Part shown: piece after piece, positions 50,201 through 62,099 of the stretch
Numbering within the stretch: position 1 is the first letter of the stretch
How the letters are laid out: each line of letters starts with the position of its first letter
NCBI GenBank assembly: GCA_013239625.1
Contig: MU053561.1
Coordinates: forward strand, 126,826-190,825
Direction: 5' to 3'
Source: Lama guanicoe
Lineage: Eukaryota
Length of the DNA stretch: 64,000 nt
Made by a program: the position numbers and the translations under genes
Notes under the pieces: generated by a model
Told to the model about the DNA's origin: nothing
Databases searched by the model: none
The model's input: the letters and a program-made list of their open reading frames with translations, nothing else

Positions 50201-52809
50201 TCATAGTAATAATCACAAGTAGATGCCTTAATGTGTATTTCTTGAATTCAGCCTTGTTACATATTCAAGAATAAATGAGTTTTCCTTTATTATGAATTGC
50301 AGATTTTAACCTTTATGTTAGTAGTCAGCAGTTGTCCCAGCGTATAGCTTCACACTCTTTAAACACCAAATTTGGGTGAGTGAGTCTACGTAAATTTTCA
50401 TTATGACACATTCAAAAGTTCTACCTGGGATAAAAAACTAATTTATAGACAGTATAAGGGAACAGACATCAATTGAACACTTGCTTTGTGCTAGACAGTA
50501 TGGCAGGGGGACTTTATGTGTATCTTATTTATTCGTTAGAGTAATTGCACCTGAGAGTGGGTAAGTATCAAACTGGTTTTACAGATAAAGAAGCAAAGAC
50601 TCAGGAAAGTTAAGTAGCTTTACTAAAAGTTACAGTGTTAGTACCTGGCAGAATTTGTTGGCCTATGGAGTTCTTGTCTATGTTCAGTGAATGATAGTTC
50701 TAAATCATTATATAAATATATAGACAATAAGAGCTATAAAAATGTAGATGGAAGTAGATAAATGTGAAGTGAATAGGAAGGATTTCTTGAATTTTGACAG
50801 ATCAGGAAGGAGTGAAGTGGATGTTTTCAGAAGAAGACAAAGCATATCTGAACAGAGCACATATGGAGGACAGTGAAAAGACTAGCCCACTTCAAAAAAT
50901 GTTTTCTTCCCCCTTAAGCTTCTTCATAATAAGAATCCATCTTTTATGCTTTCTTCTCTTTGTAAGTTTTAAAGTTTTAGAGCTAGTCTACTTTGAATTT
51001 AAGACCCAAGAGTGATTCCTATGGGTTCTTCCCGCATGATCAAATTATGCCCTCTTTACTGCCTAAATATACCTGTTTCTTTTAAGCTGTAGGTTACCCT
51101 TCTAGACAGAGATACAGAGATCATATATGTTTGGGTGGTAATTGTATCCTCTAGCACTTCTCATGGTGCTTATAACATAAATAGTTGCTAAATGACTTCT
51201 CCAAGCAATAGCTTTAGCTTTATGATACAGTGTGTTTCCAAATGTTCCTGTGTAAAAGGAATTCTTGTAACTATTACTTACTTCATATGACCTAATATTT
51301 GTTCCTCTGCCCAGTTATTCTCGACAGATTTAGATTCATTTAGCAAATATTTATTTATTGTGCGCTGGCTGTATGCCAGATCCTGTTCTAGATGCTGAGG
51401 ATGTAGTAATAAACACAATAGTAGCTAGAAACCTCTGTCTGATGGATTGTACTTTCTGGTGGACTGACTAGAAAGATTCTGTTCAGCACCGTTATGGTTG
51501 TTTCTCATCCCTTAACTGTTTTCTTTCATGGCTAGATAGGTGCTTTTCCTACCGGACAAGTTGCTAATTTGGAAGTGGCTGTCATGCCTGTGTTATTAAG
51601 TAATGCCACATTTCTCAATCAAAACCAGTCTCTATTAAGCAACTCCAAATATTCCAAAAGCATTCTCCAAGGAAGAACAAATTCAGATTGCAAAATAGTT
51701 TTTCAAAACTTTAAAGTAAAAGGTTCGATTAGAACTTACTTATGTGAAACTGAGTTTGTTTTTATTATTAAAAATATGCTATTTATTTTAGTCCAGTCTA
51801 GCATGTGTCTATCTGGCTATCAGTTAACAATAAAAGAAGATAATGACATTACAGATGTCCTTAGAGAAAAAAAAATTTACAGAAGATTTTAGAAAGTTTC
51901 ATTTAGTAGATACTGGTGGGTTTCTAGCACCTGTGTTTGTATTTTAGTTATGAGACAACTTTCTTATGTTGAAGTGTAATTTCTGATAGCTTTATCTTCA
52001 TAGTCATAGTCTTTACTGTGAGGGAAATCTTGGAAATTTGGTAGCAGTCACCATTGAGATATAGCTTAACAGTCAGTGTCTGGTTCAATCAATTTTCTGA
52101 TTACCTGTATCTTTTATCTTACATGGATTATCATTTGTCAAAATATAAGAGAATATGAATTAGACCATTAAAAGATTATGAAGATGATAATTGTTAGCTA
52201 ACATCTATCAAATGTGTACCATATGCAGGCATTATGCTTATGTACCTATAATTCTATGATACAGTTACTGTTATTAGATTATCCCCACTGCATAGACAAA
52301 GAAGCTGGGTCTTAGAGAGGCTGAGTCGACCAATGTCACATGAGTGGTGCAGCTGAGATTTGAACCAAAGAGTCTGAGGCCAGAGCCTGCACTCCTAACC
52401 ACCTCACTATACAGCCTCAAGAATGTGAACATAAGTTGATCTGATAATTTTAAAATGCACTGTAGATTTTACAGTGCTTTAGCATCATGAGTTAATCAGT
52501 ATATGCAACCTTAACCTTAAAATAAAAATGATAATTTAAGCTTAATGGTTGTTTGAAATAGTGCCACTCATTTTGGTTATTTTTATATCTTTGATACATT
52601 TGATAAAATACTTTCAGGGACTGATTAATGTTTTCCTTTTTTCCTCTTTGACAGCTTTGGATTCGAAGGCTAACAATTTGTCCAGTCTGTCTAAGAAATA
52701 CCGCCAGGATGCGAAGTACTTGAACATGCGTTCTACTTACGCCAAGCTTGCAGCAGTAGCTGTATTTTTCATCATGTTAATAGTGTATGTGCGATTCTGG
52801 TGGCTGTGA
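37996..52809 (+). CDS. SEC22B: Vesicle-trafficking protein SEC22b (longin R-SNARE), spliced CDS of 5 exons, 215 aa
   Basis: Manual splicing gives 75+110+161+147+155=648 nt, open from ATG (aagATGg, strong Kozak) to TGA. The protein runs [34 protein letters not shown]...[65 protein letters not shown]: longin domain, NIE motif, R-SNARE motif and C-terminal TM anchor, matching recalled mammalian SEC22B. Confidence 0.99.
39190..39410 (-). mobile_element. MIR SINE (SEC22B intron 1)
   Basis: catttatagagtgcctacta...aggtactattattatccccagttatagataaggaa...aaagtcacacagctaataag. Confidence 0.75.
39541..39770. mobile_element. MER20 DNA transposon
   Basis: cagcactgttgacattttggg...tgtaggatgtctagcagtatccctggcctct...ggttgagagccgctg. 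Confidence 0.8.
39790..40015 (-). mobile_element. L1 3' end fragment
   Basis: ttttttaattgaggtatagctg...cccctctccccactggtaaccactagtttgttct. Confidence 0.75.
41810..41957. mobile_element. MER5-like MITE
   Basis: ctgatttaatt...ttccaggtgattctagcatg...agtcattgatcta. Confidence 0.6.
42450..43230 (-). mobile_element. L1MA-type 3' end fragment
   Basis: ataactgacatataacattatg...atggctgaatagtattccattgtgtatatacaccacatc...ggctgcaccaatttacattcc. Confidence 0.85.
44424..44533 (+). CDS. SEC22B: SEC22B coding exon 2 ([37 protein letters not shown])
   Basis: Acceptor tcttctttcag|, donor CA|GTGAGT, 110 nt. Confidence 0.98.
45041..45280 (+). mobile_element. Young 5'-truncated L1 in SEC22B intron 2 with a perfect 17-bp TSD
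   Basis: L1 3' UTR with AATAAA and an A tail; TSD aaaaaagaaaattataa at 45024-45040 and 45275-45291. Confidence 0.9.
45840..46460 (-). mobile_element. L2 fragment
   Basis: Purine-rich L2-type text (gggaacttctagagtttttaagcagg...gaaggcaaggagaccagtta). Confidence 0.6.
47349..47509 (+). CDS. SEC22B: SEC22B coding exon 3 ([53 protein letters not shown])
   Basis: Acceptor ttcttcag|, donor G|GTAAGT, 161 nt; the peptide is visible in ORF 47329..47547. Confidence 0.98.
48395..48866. mobile_element. Ancient ERVL-type LTR (LTR40/LTR41-like) in SEC22B intron 3
   Basis: tgtattagggtc...cccattggctgaacctaactggagctagagggcaaggaaccc...tattcagtaca with TG/CA ends. Confidence 0.6.
49140..49286 (+). CDS. SEC22B: SEC22B coding exon 4 ([49 protein letters not shown])
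   Basis: Acceptor cattctag|, donor CAG|GTATCT, 147 nt, frame preserved. Confidence 0.97.
52180..52420 (-). mobile_element. MIR SINE
   Basis: tatccccactgcatagacaaagaagctggg...aatgtcacatgagtggtgcagctgagatttgaacc. Confidence 0.7.
52655..52809 (+). CDS. SEC22B: SEC22B coding exon 5 ([51 protein letters not shown])
   Basis: Polypyrimidine tract plus acag| acceptor; TGA ends at 52809; the peptide is visible in ORF 52549..52809. Confidence 0.98.
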
Positions 52810-54000
52810 AGTAGTGAATCCAGTCGTGGGCAAGAAACTAGAACCCAGCGGGTGTATGTTTTCAGGAAGCTGAGCTCACAGAGATGTGTATTAGAATCCA
52901 AATGGAACTTCTGCCTCTAAAGACCTTGCAAGAAAAGACATGTCCTGAAAATGATTGATTACACCTCACTTCATGAAGCTTAAACCTAGGTAGAAAGTCT
53001 CTTTTGGGGGCAGAGGCTTTCTCTGGGTGCTAAGCCATATATGTTAGGGAACAGTAGACTGTTTATTTTGCTTTTTCCCCTCGCAGTGTTTTACATTTTT
53101 AAAACAGCACTGACTAAGGCATTCTCATTCTCTGTGGAGCCGTCAGTGAGATTTGGCTTAACCAACCTGTGCTAGCAACGGTCTGAAACCCCTTCAGAGA
53201 GGGCAGCCCTTCGGAAAGTTTTTTGACTCTATCTAATCAACATTCCTTTTGTTGGTGACATTTGTGATTTTCAGGAATCTGAGTTGTTGATGGCTTTGTA
53301 AACAAGACTCCAGTATGTGAAGGTTAATTGCTGTGCTGCAAGATCCTGTCTGTTGGTCCCTGTAGGAAGTTAACCTTTGTCGTTTCCCTTTTAAGACATT
53401 TTGCTTATTGCACAATTGCTTTAGGGTTATATGAATTATATTAAGATGCCTTGAGATTATATTATAGCACTCCTTGATTAAGAAGCTAAAATGTTTTCTG
53501 TCATTTACTCCTTAAAAGACTTAAAATTGGTTTGGGACATTCTTAATTTTGTTTTTCAGCATCTGGTTTATATTAATATAAGAGTGAGTATACCACAGAT
53601 AGCCAGAGACCCCTGACTTCGTGAAAAGAAAGGCCAGCTCATAACTGCAGCTTTGTCCTGCCCCTTTCTCACTTTCTCTACTGTGACCTTCCCCACTCTC
53701 TTCCTTCTGCCCCAGTTTGCTAACATTTTTTGAATTCCTCTGTGCCCAATAGTTTCATGTCCCGTAAGTATCCTCTCAGGATATTCTCAAATTTCAAAAT
53801 GAAAAATGTTCAACTGCATAGTTAATTAAATTTAAATTTTTGCAGAGCAACTACTCAAACCACTAAAATACATTTATCTGAGAAACTGAGAGCACATCAT
53901 ACTTGCTTCAGTTATGGAAATTCTCTGAGGATATTCTAGAGATTGGTAACTCATTTACAGTAAATTCTCTTTGCAAATAAAAGTACCTATGATTTTTCCC
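52810..54000 (+). other. SEC22B: SEC22B 3' UTR (proximal form; may extend to about 54620)
   Basis: Repeat-poor sequence after the stop codon, with AATAAA at 53976-53981 and further AATAAA at 54336-54341 and 54598-54603. Confidence 0.7.
53976..53981 (+). terminator. Candidate SEC22B polyadenylation signal AATAAA
   Basis: First canonical hexamer I found after the stop codon, followed by a U-rich tract. Confidence 0.6.
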
Positions 54001-55329
54001 CTCTTTGCTCAGGGATGATGGGGGTTTCCTTTTACCTTTTGAGGTAGACTTTTTTTAAATGGGGAGACTAGGCCTTTTAAATATTGTCACAAGGGTCTAC
54101 GATATAAACTAAAAATCCTACACATACTGCAAATATTTCTTTAAATTGTACAGGAAATTGAGCCAACTTCTTACTTCTTGAAATCTTTGGAAAGAACTTT
54201 AATCAGTAGGCGGTTTTATAATTCAGGATCATCAAAGCTACTGTTCTGATTCCTGACAGAGAAAAAAAAATCTTATTTCCTTACAGCAAGGCAAGGAGAA
54301 ATGCTTATTTTATTCCTGATAATTTACAGAACTAGAATAAAAATTTTTTCCTTTCCATTCTAGAACTATGTCTGCCAATTGGAGTATTGTGCATGAAATA
54401 AGAAGTTACTTTTTATAGAGAATAAGTGCTTTTAAGTCCCTAAAAGGCTTGTCCCTAACTAATGATGTTGGTCATAAAAGCCTTTGAAAGACTGAAAACC
54501 TAAGTAGTGGTACCATAGCATTTGGTACTTTTAGAGGAGTGAAGACTGGCAGCTCATTGTTGAGAGTTGCATGCTGCAACCAAGTGGTCAGCAATGAAAT
54601 AAACACTTATAGAATGTTCCCTTCAATGTGAAGTTTTGTTATCTAGTTAATTTACATGCACATATTCTTCTCGGTACATTTCGACCAAAACTTGGTTAAT
54701 TAAGAAATGAGATGGGAGTGGGGGATGATAAAGGGCTAAGAAAGTAGTTTAAGATTATGATGGTAGAAAATGAGAGAACAAGACTGTCATAATATGGCTC
54801 CTACTTCTTTTATTAGAGGGAGAGAAGATCTGACTGGATGGAATATATCAGCAACCAGATAAGCATCTAAAATAGAACGTGATAAATACCATTCAGGGTT
54901 ATCGGGGGCACATTAAGAAAGGACACCTAATTTACTTGTGGGAAGAAGTGTGGTCAGAGAAGGAGAATGGGATATTCCAGACAGAATCAATGGCTTGTGC
55001 AGTCATAGGTTAAAAGAGTGAGGCACATTTGAAGGATTGTAATTAGCTTGATTCCACTTAACTCATGGGGTAAGTGTAGGCAACTGAGACTTGAGGAAGA
55101 AGAACTAGACTACTACACTGTTGTGCAAGGCATTCAGACTACACTAACATCAGTGGCAAGAGATGGCATCAGATTTATGGTTCCACATGATCATTCTGGC
55201 CATAGTGTAAAAGATACGTTAGAGAGGGTTAAACCTGTAAGTGGGGAGATGAAACTAAGGAGCCATCACAGGTAGAGGGAGACGTGGAAGACAGGTTTCA
55301 AGTGATTTGCAAGAAAGCAGTGATTCCAG

Positions 55330-55560
55330 ATACCAAATATCTCATATTTACATAATGCTTTCTTTGTCAGGAGCACATCTTAATTCTCACACTGACATTT
55401 TGAAGTCCTGTTCACACCATGTGAATGAAGTAACTACTGCTCTGAGGCTCAGAAGAGTTAAGTAATTTATCCAAAGTTGCAGAGCTAGAAAGTAATGGAA
55501 CTAAGATTTGAACCTAGGCAGTCTGGCTCCAGCATCTGTGTTTTTTTTCACTATACTGTA
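55330..55560 (-). mobile_element. MIR SINE
   Basis: ctgaggctcagaagagttaagtaatttatccaaagt...gatttgaacctaggcagtctggctccag. Confidence 0.75.
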
Positions 55561-56920
55561 CCACTAAGAGGTCAAATAAAATAAGTATCACAAAACGTAT
55601 TTTAAATTTAACAATTAGAATAATTCCAGAGAAATGGGGACACAAGTCAGTTTGCAGTGGCTTGAGTGTGAACCATTAGGAAGTAAAGATGTGAAACTAC
55701 TCTTATAAGTAGCTTTTTTGGTCGTGACACTGACCTTCTTAACATTTTAATTAAGAAACCTCACAAATGTTAACATAGCAACATTTGGCACATTGTACGT
55801 ACATCTGTTCATTTAAATGCCTAACGGCGGTCCCTAAGCTTTTTGGGAAACCTTTGAAAAATCTGATGAAAGGTATGTGCCTTTACCCTAGAACAGTGTT
55901 CATGTGTGCATGCATACTAAGTATCACATACTGTGTTGGGGTTTTCAAGAACTCCACAAAGCCTGTTCATGACCTGGTGGTTATGATCCCCTAGCTAAGA
56001 ACTCCAGATATATAGGATGTGGAACTCAAAGGTAAGAATTCAGAAGCCTTGAAAACTGTCCAGCTGTGGTGAATTGGAAAAATTCTACAGATTTAACTAA
56101 TTTTGTGGAAGAGGTGCATCCTTCAAAAAGTGAAAATTTTTTTCTATCAAATACTTTTGGGTCTGGTTTTACAGAAAGAAAAAATTAGTCTAGTTCCTCA
56201 AAATCAAATTTAAGGATCTTAAAGTTTTTACTTTCTATTTTTATCAGTAGGAAGTCTTGCAAACGCAAGTTAAGAGGGCAAATGGATAATCATTGCTGCA
56301 CACGCAGTATTTAATAATACATGTGTAAAGAAAACATTTCATAATTTAAATTCCCATCTTATTGGGAACTTTCATGAGGCTTTTGGTTAGTGTATTTAGC
56401 AGAACTGACAGCCCCATCTAGTTGTCCTTTCAGTCAACTCAGCATAAAGGCAAAGAGCTGTGGTTGTAAAAATGTTACTGTTAATTGCATAGTAACCATT
56501 TGGACCAAATAGCTTGTACTTTAAGATCCCCTAAGAAAATTTGTAGCATGTGTGACAGGTTGGGATAGAATGGGCAAACTGAGTCTCACATTCTATTCTT
56601 AATCTTTACAGACAGGGTTGACCCAATAGTACAAAACTATCTTGAGCAATTTAACCACTCCATTCTAACAAAAGTTTATTTCAAGTGCTATGACTGAATC
56701 CATTTTTTAGTTTAGAAAAATTGTTGGAAATTTGACTTCCATATACTAATCAAGATTGGACTAATTTTTTTCTCCCATAACCTTCATTAATTGAGTGTGT
56801 GTATTAGACGTTTTATATGTATTGTTACAGTCCTCGTAACTTTTTCTAGCTTGCCCAAGGTCACATAGCAAGTTGAAGTACTTAGGTTCAAATCCAGGAC
56901 TGCTAGACACCTACACATAC

Positions 56921-58058
56921 TGTTTATTCCTAAATTATGATGTAGATGTGTTTGTCTTAAGCACTGACATTTCACTTTGTCCTATCAAGTTATTAGTTTG
57001 CTTTTTTTTATTTTGGGGGAAATTGATTTTTCAAAACAATTTCATTTTATTATTACTCTTTTTAATTTACTTCTCTGTCATTTCTCCCTGTATTCGTTTT
57101 TTAATACTTTTTGCTCTTGAGTTCTTGTTTGCCTTTTCTAATTCTTGGTTTGTAATCTTATTTTATTTGCTCCTTTTATATTTGATCTCAATGTTAATTC
57201 AACATTTTTCTACAACTGATTCACTTAAGGTTTAACAAACTGATTTTTAAAAATAAATCTCTCCCTTTCCCTATGTCCTTTTGCCCATTCTCTCCCTGTC
57301 CCCACTTTTCCCCACACTTCTTTTATCACTTTCCTTTTTACTTAATTTCTCTAGATGCTTTTTTACTTGCATTAATATAATGCTACAGCTTTGCTTCTGT
57401 AAGCTAGAGAGAGCCTTAAAATCAACTGTTATATTTACTCATTACTTTTAGATCTTAATTTATCTTACCTTCTATTGATTTTATAATATACTCTAATCTC
57501 TTATCAGTCAATGCAGATATGCCCCTGCTTTAAGGAGTCCTTTTAGAAAATATTTCAAGCATTGCAAGAAATTTTTAAGAACAAGCTCCTCTAGTATGTC
57601 TTCTATATTCAGGGCTTCAGTTATCACTTGTATTACTGAAAGCTCCAAATATACCTGTCTATCCTCAAACTTGAGGTCCAGACCAATTTTTTTGCTGCTT
57701 GTTAGATATCTGTGTTTGAATATCCTGTAAATATTTCAGTGCACCCAAAACATCTTATTATCTTCATTCCATTACCCTCAAAGGTAGAACCTAAAAAGTT
57801 CCTAATTCTAGACATCACTTGCCATGGCTTTACCTGAGCTACAAGTCATGGATTGCATTTTTTTTTTTTTTGAACAGAGCGTCCTGGGGATTGAATCCAG
57901 GACTGTGTTGCATGCTAGGCATGCACTCTACCACTGAGCTAGTGCCCTCCCCTTCATGAATTGCAATTTGATTTCTGCTTTTTCCCTCGCACCTATCAAC
58001 ATAGTGTTTATTCCTAAATTATGATGTGGATGTGTTTGTCTTAAGCACTGACATTTCA
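56921..58058 (+). repeat. Dispersed 54-bp direct repeat (56921-56974 and 58005-58058)
   Basis: tgtttattcctaaattatgatgt[a/g]gatgtgtttgtcttaagcactgacatttca, 53/54 identical. Confidence 0.93.
57858..57953 (-). mobile_element. tRNA-Ala-derived camelid SINE (vic-1-type)
   Basis: ggggattgaatccaggac...gcatgctaggcatgcactctaccactgagcta...ccctcccc; TSD tcatggattgca / tcatgaattgca. Confidence 0.85.
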
Positions 58059-58138
58059 TTAACTTTGAGTTGGACTCTTGCAGTACCCTTACTACTTTCC
58101 TTAACACATGTCCCTCTTTTAACCCAGTACTACTGCCA

Positions 58139-58271
58139 TTTTTTGTTTGCTTGTTTTGTGGGGGGAGGTAATTAGTTTTATTTATTTACTTATTTTAATG
58201 GAGGTAGTGGGGATTGAACCCAGGACCTCATGCATGCTAAGCACACACTATCACTAAGCTGTGCCCTCCCC
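58139..58271 (-). mobile_element. tRNA-Ala-derived camelid SINE (vic-1-type)
   Basis: ggaggtagtggggattgaacccaggacctcatgcatgctaagcacacac...ccctcccc with a T-rich tail. Confidence 0.88.
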
Positions 58272-60049
58272 GCTTACTACCATTTTAATACCAAAAATTT
58301 TCTTAAATCACATGCCCATTTCCTACAGAATAAAAGGTCACATGTCTGCCTTCCACAGTCTGACCCTGTTGTGTCATTCCAGACTCATCTGCTACTCCCC
58401 AGCACCTCTTTTGTTTCAGCCACACCAAATTCTCTTGCCTTGTCTAACCAGTCAAGTGGCCTCTTCACCTTCAGCCTTGCTTGACTTATTGGTGCTTTCT
58501 CTCCAGAACATTTTTTCTGTGTGTATCTTACCCCTTTCTTTTTTGTTTTCAACCCAAGGTTCTGCTCATCTTTCAAAGACCCAGCTCTAACGCCTCCTTT
58601 GTAAAGCCTTTCTACCATTCTCACATCCTCCTTCCTATCAACCTGGGAGAGGTTGTGGTTTCATCCTCCCATAGCAATGTGCCAGATTTCTAGCACAGAA
58701 CCTGCCAATTTAAAATAGCAGTCGGTGTGTACTTGTATCCTGGCCTATACCGTGTGAGGTCCTTAAGGTAGAGACCAATTGATATTCATGTGTCTTTGAA
58801 TCCTTGGCACTGAGTACAATGGCTGACTTGTTGGAGGTACTCAGCAAATAATTGCAGAATGAGGACATTGAATTAGAAAAATGTATGTACAAGCTTTCTG
58901 GAACTGGGCTGTTCTTTAAGTCATGGATATACACGTAATTTGAATGAAAGAAGCAAACAAAGTGGGGTGGAATGGTATAGGCCTAATAAAGGAGTCGGAA
59001 AGGAAAGAGGCATATTAAAAAGAAGTCAGAACAAAAGAGAGGCGCAACCAGAAGTTTCTATCTATATATAGCGAACACACTGGGGAAGAAGAGGAAAGAG
59101 GACAATAGCAAATGAAATTGGTTCCTTAGGGCAGAAACAATTGAAAGGTACAACGGTGAAGAGGGAGAGGAAATTAAAGCATGGAGTCCAATTAGACTTG
59201 AAGAGAAGGCAAAAGAGGTCAGACTGGCAGATCTCAGTCTGGAGATTTTCAGTAGACCACAGAGCCTATGGTTGCTTTTATGTTGTGTGGATAATATTAA
59301 ATGAGCTTTTCATATCACATAACTCTTTACCGATTTGTCATTTGAAAAGGTGACTCTAGTTCAGGGATAAATACCTTGACCAATATGCCATGTAAAGTGC
59401 GACATGTTTTACCATGTTAAAGTTAAGAAACTGGTTCAAGGGTTAGTTTTGACTAACTGATGGCAGTTTGCACCTGCCAGACTTCTAAGGGTTCCTTTGC
59501 AAATGGTGTTGGTGGGCAATGAAGTTTTTTGAATTGGGCCACAGGAGGAAGTAGTGAGGACTGGAGATCATATCTTTTTGTATGCCTTTGTCCATTTGCA
59601 TTGATATTCTGAGTGTGTTTTTGCACATTCAACTCTAGAATAAAAGTAACTTGACTTGCAAATTGGCTTTTCTTGATTTTTTCCATCTTTATACTCTACT
59701 TTCCCATCTTTCTCAAACTCCATTTTGCCCAGAGGCAGAGCTGGGATTTAGTATTACAAAACTTTGCTTGCTAAAGCTTCTTTAAAAAGAAAAAAGACAC
59801 TAAAGAACTTTCAAACAAAAGTTTAAGGAGTTCTGCTATAGCCCATCCACTTGCTGGTGGTATTTACATAGATATATTTGTTTTTTTGTTGTTTTTGCTA
59901 CAATAATTTTAGCCTTGCTAGAATCATATACAAAGCAGCATATTTATTTTTGTTAATTAGGTGAACACTAATATAATGTAAAATGGACATTGTTGAACGA
60001 TAGAGATTTACATGAAACTGCAACAGAGACAAATTACATCACACACAGC

Positions 60050-60330
60050 AGTGGTCTGTGGAGCTGAAAGTGTAGAAAATACTGAGCCGGGAGTCAGGGA
60101 GACTTGGCTTCTGACCACCTCACCGCCCTGCAGCTGTAGGACTTTGGGTAAATTCTTTTCCCAAAGAGGCACCATGTACCTCAGGTTCCCGCAGTTGAAA
60201 AATGGGAATGATATCTTCTCTTGGACTATATGAGTATAAAAGGAGGTAAAAATGCAATAATGGTTTTCAGGGTTTTATAAACTGTGAGGCCACCTAAAAA
60301 TCCTACACTGTATCACTATTATTACTACAA
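60050..60330 (+). mobile_element. MIR SINE
   Basis: gggagtcagggagacttggcttctg...gactttgggtaaatt...cctcaggttcccgcagttgaaaaatgggaatgata. Confidence 0.7.
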
Positions 60331-61979
60331 TTCTAACTGTTCAAGGAAGGTGTGACCAGTGCAATCCTGCCTATTCCTCTGAAAACTAACAACCCAGTTC
60401 CGTAATTATTTTACTCTCAGTGGGGCAGTATCTTGGTCTGGTTATGCTGCAGTATTTAGGATCCTGGAGCACAGTCCATTCCTCAGGCCATGATGGTGCT
60501 CCCAGAAGAGGGCAGCAAAACTCCAATCCGAGGGCTCTTTGCCACTTCCTCAAAGTAAAGTAGTGTTTCCTTGAGAGGAAAATGTACTGTAAAGAGACCA
60601 ACAGACTTTAAAAAATGATGGTCTTTAGGTGACAGATGAGGCAAATGCCATTATTCTAAATGCCTTAACAAACATTCACTCATTTCAAATATTTTCCTTT
60701 TCTGTATCCTCTGAAGAAAATAATTGGGGCTGTTTCTTTAATCTCATTTTAATGATTTGACCTGTGTAACCAGAAACCCCTAGCCATGCTTTTTATTCCC
60801 ATTTAACTCCAAATTTTTAGATCTCATACAGCACCGGCTTTTTAATTAAAATATTTTGAATAAGAGGAAAGTAAGATGTTCACATCTGATTCTTTCCATT
60901 TAAGATACCTGATTAAGTCCAAAGTATGATTTCCAACAGTGTCTAAATTCTGTCATAGGGTGTGTCTTTGTCATTGGAGCAAATGTAATCTGTATCATCT
61001 GTATCTAATCTTTCTTATTCTTTCACTATTTAAATTTGTTTTAAAATATCCTTAGATGCCTCTAAGAACATCAGCAGCTAACATTTGAACTGATCTTTTT
61101 TATTTTGAGCCGTTCTTAATAGCATATAAGGTGTTCTCATACATGTTAGTGTGAGGCTGATGGCCACGATCCCCAATTACAGATATATTTTCTCATCTGT
61201 AATCAGAATAGCTGCTCTTCGCTGGAAGAGAAAAGTGCAGGGAGATGCCTCATATGTCAAGAGAGTCGCGGCAATGAGTATTTTTTTCTCTCCTAATACA
61301 TGACAGACAAGCCAATTCTGAATCTGACCTTTTTCTGTCTGCTTTTTCTACAACCAGAGATGGGCTAGAGAGGCTTTCAGTTACAGTTTTCCAATTCCTT
61401 CTGCTTTTGTCAGTTCATTTCTGGCTCTGCTCTTTTGAAAAAGTTACTTGTTTCTCACTCTACCCTCTCTATTGCCACCCCCAAGTCAGAGTCCTCTTTC
61501 CATTCCAGCTAAACCTCTTCCTGTTCTTAAGAATTGCATCACAGTCTTGGCTTACTGTAGACCAACACCCCCACATTGGCACCAGGGAGTGCACAGGCCT
61601 TCTTTATTGGTTGAAAGTTCTTGTCTGGTGAGCACAGAATAAGTCACTCACTTCCTGACTTCCAGCCCTGGCTGAATTTGTCTCTGGAAACAAATATGTT
61701 TCTCAGAATTTTGTTTGTTTGTTTGTTTATAAATCCACTTCACTTCAGCCATATCCTTGGAACGAGCTAGATTTTACCACGTAGAAACGGTGTGGAAGGG
61801 CATTTGTGGTAGAGGGAATAGTGTGTGTACCTTGCCGGATGAGCTGTCTACCCTGGAATTTCTTTCTTTTTAAAAAATATTTTATTCTACTTTTTATTTA
61901 TTCTTTTTCTGACATTCATCTTTTCTTATGTGGATCTGTGTTTCTGACCTATATCACTTTTTTTTTCTCCCTAAAGAGT

Positions 61980-62072
61980 TTTTCTTTTTTTCTTTTTTAA
62001 TTGGAGGTACTGGGGCTTAAGCTCAGGACCTCACACGTGCTAAGCATGCACTCTGCCACTGAGCTATTTCCC
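61980..62072 (-). mobile_element. tRNA-Ala-derived camelid SINE (vic-1-type)
   Basis: ggaggtactgggg...caggacctcacacgtgctaagcatgcactctgccactgagcta. Confidence 0.85.
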
Positions 62073-62099
62073 TTCTTCTACCCTGTTGTTTCTAATTCT

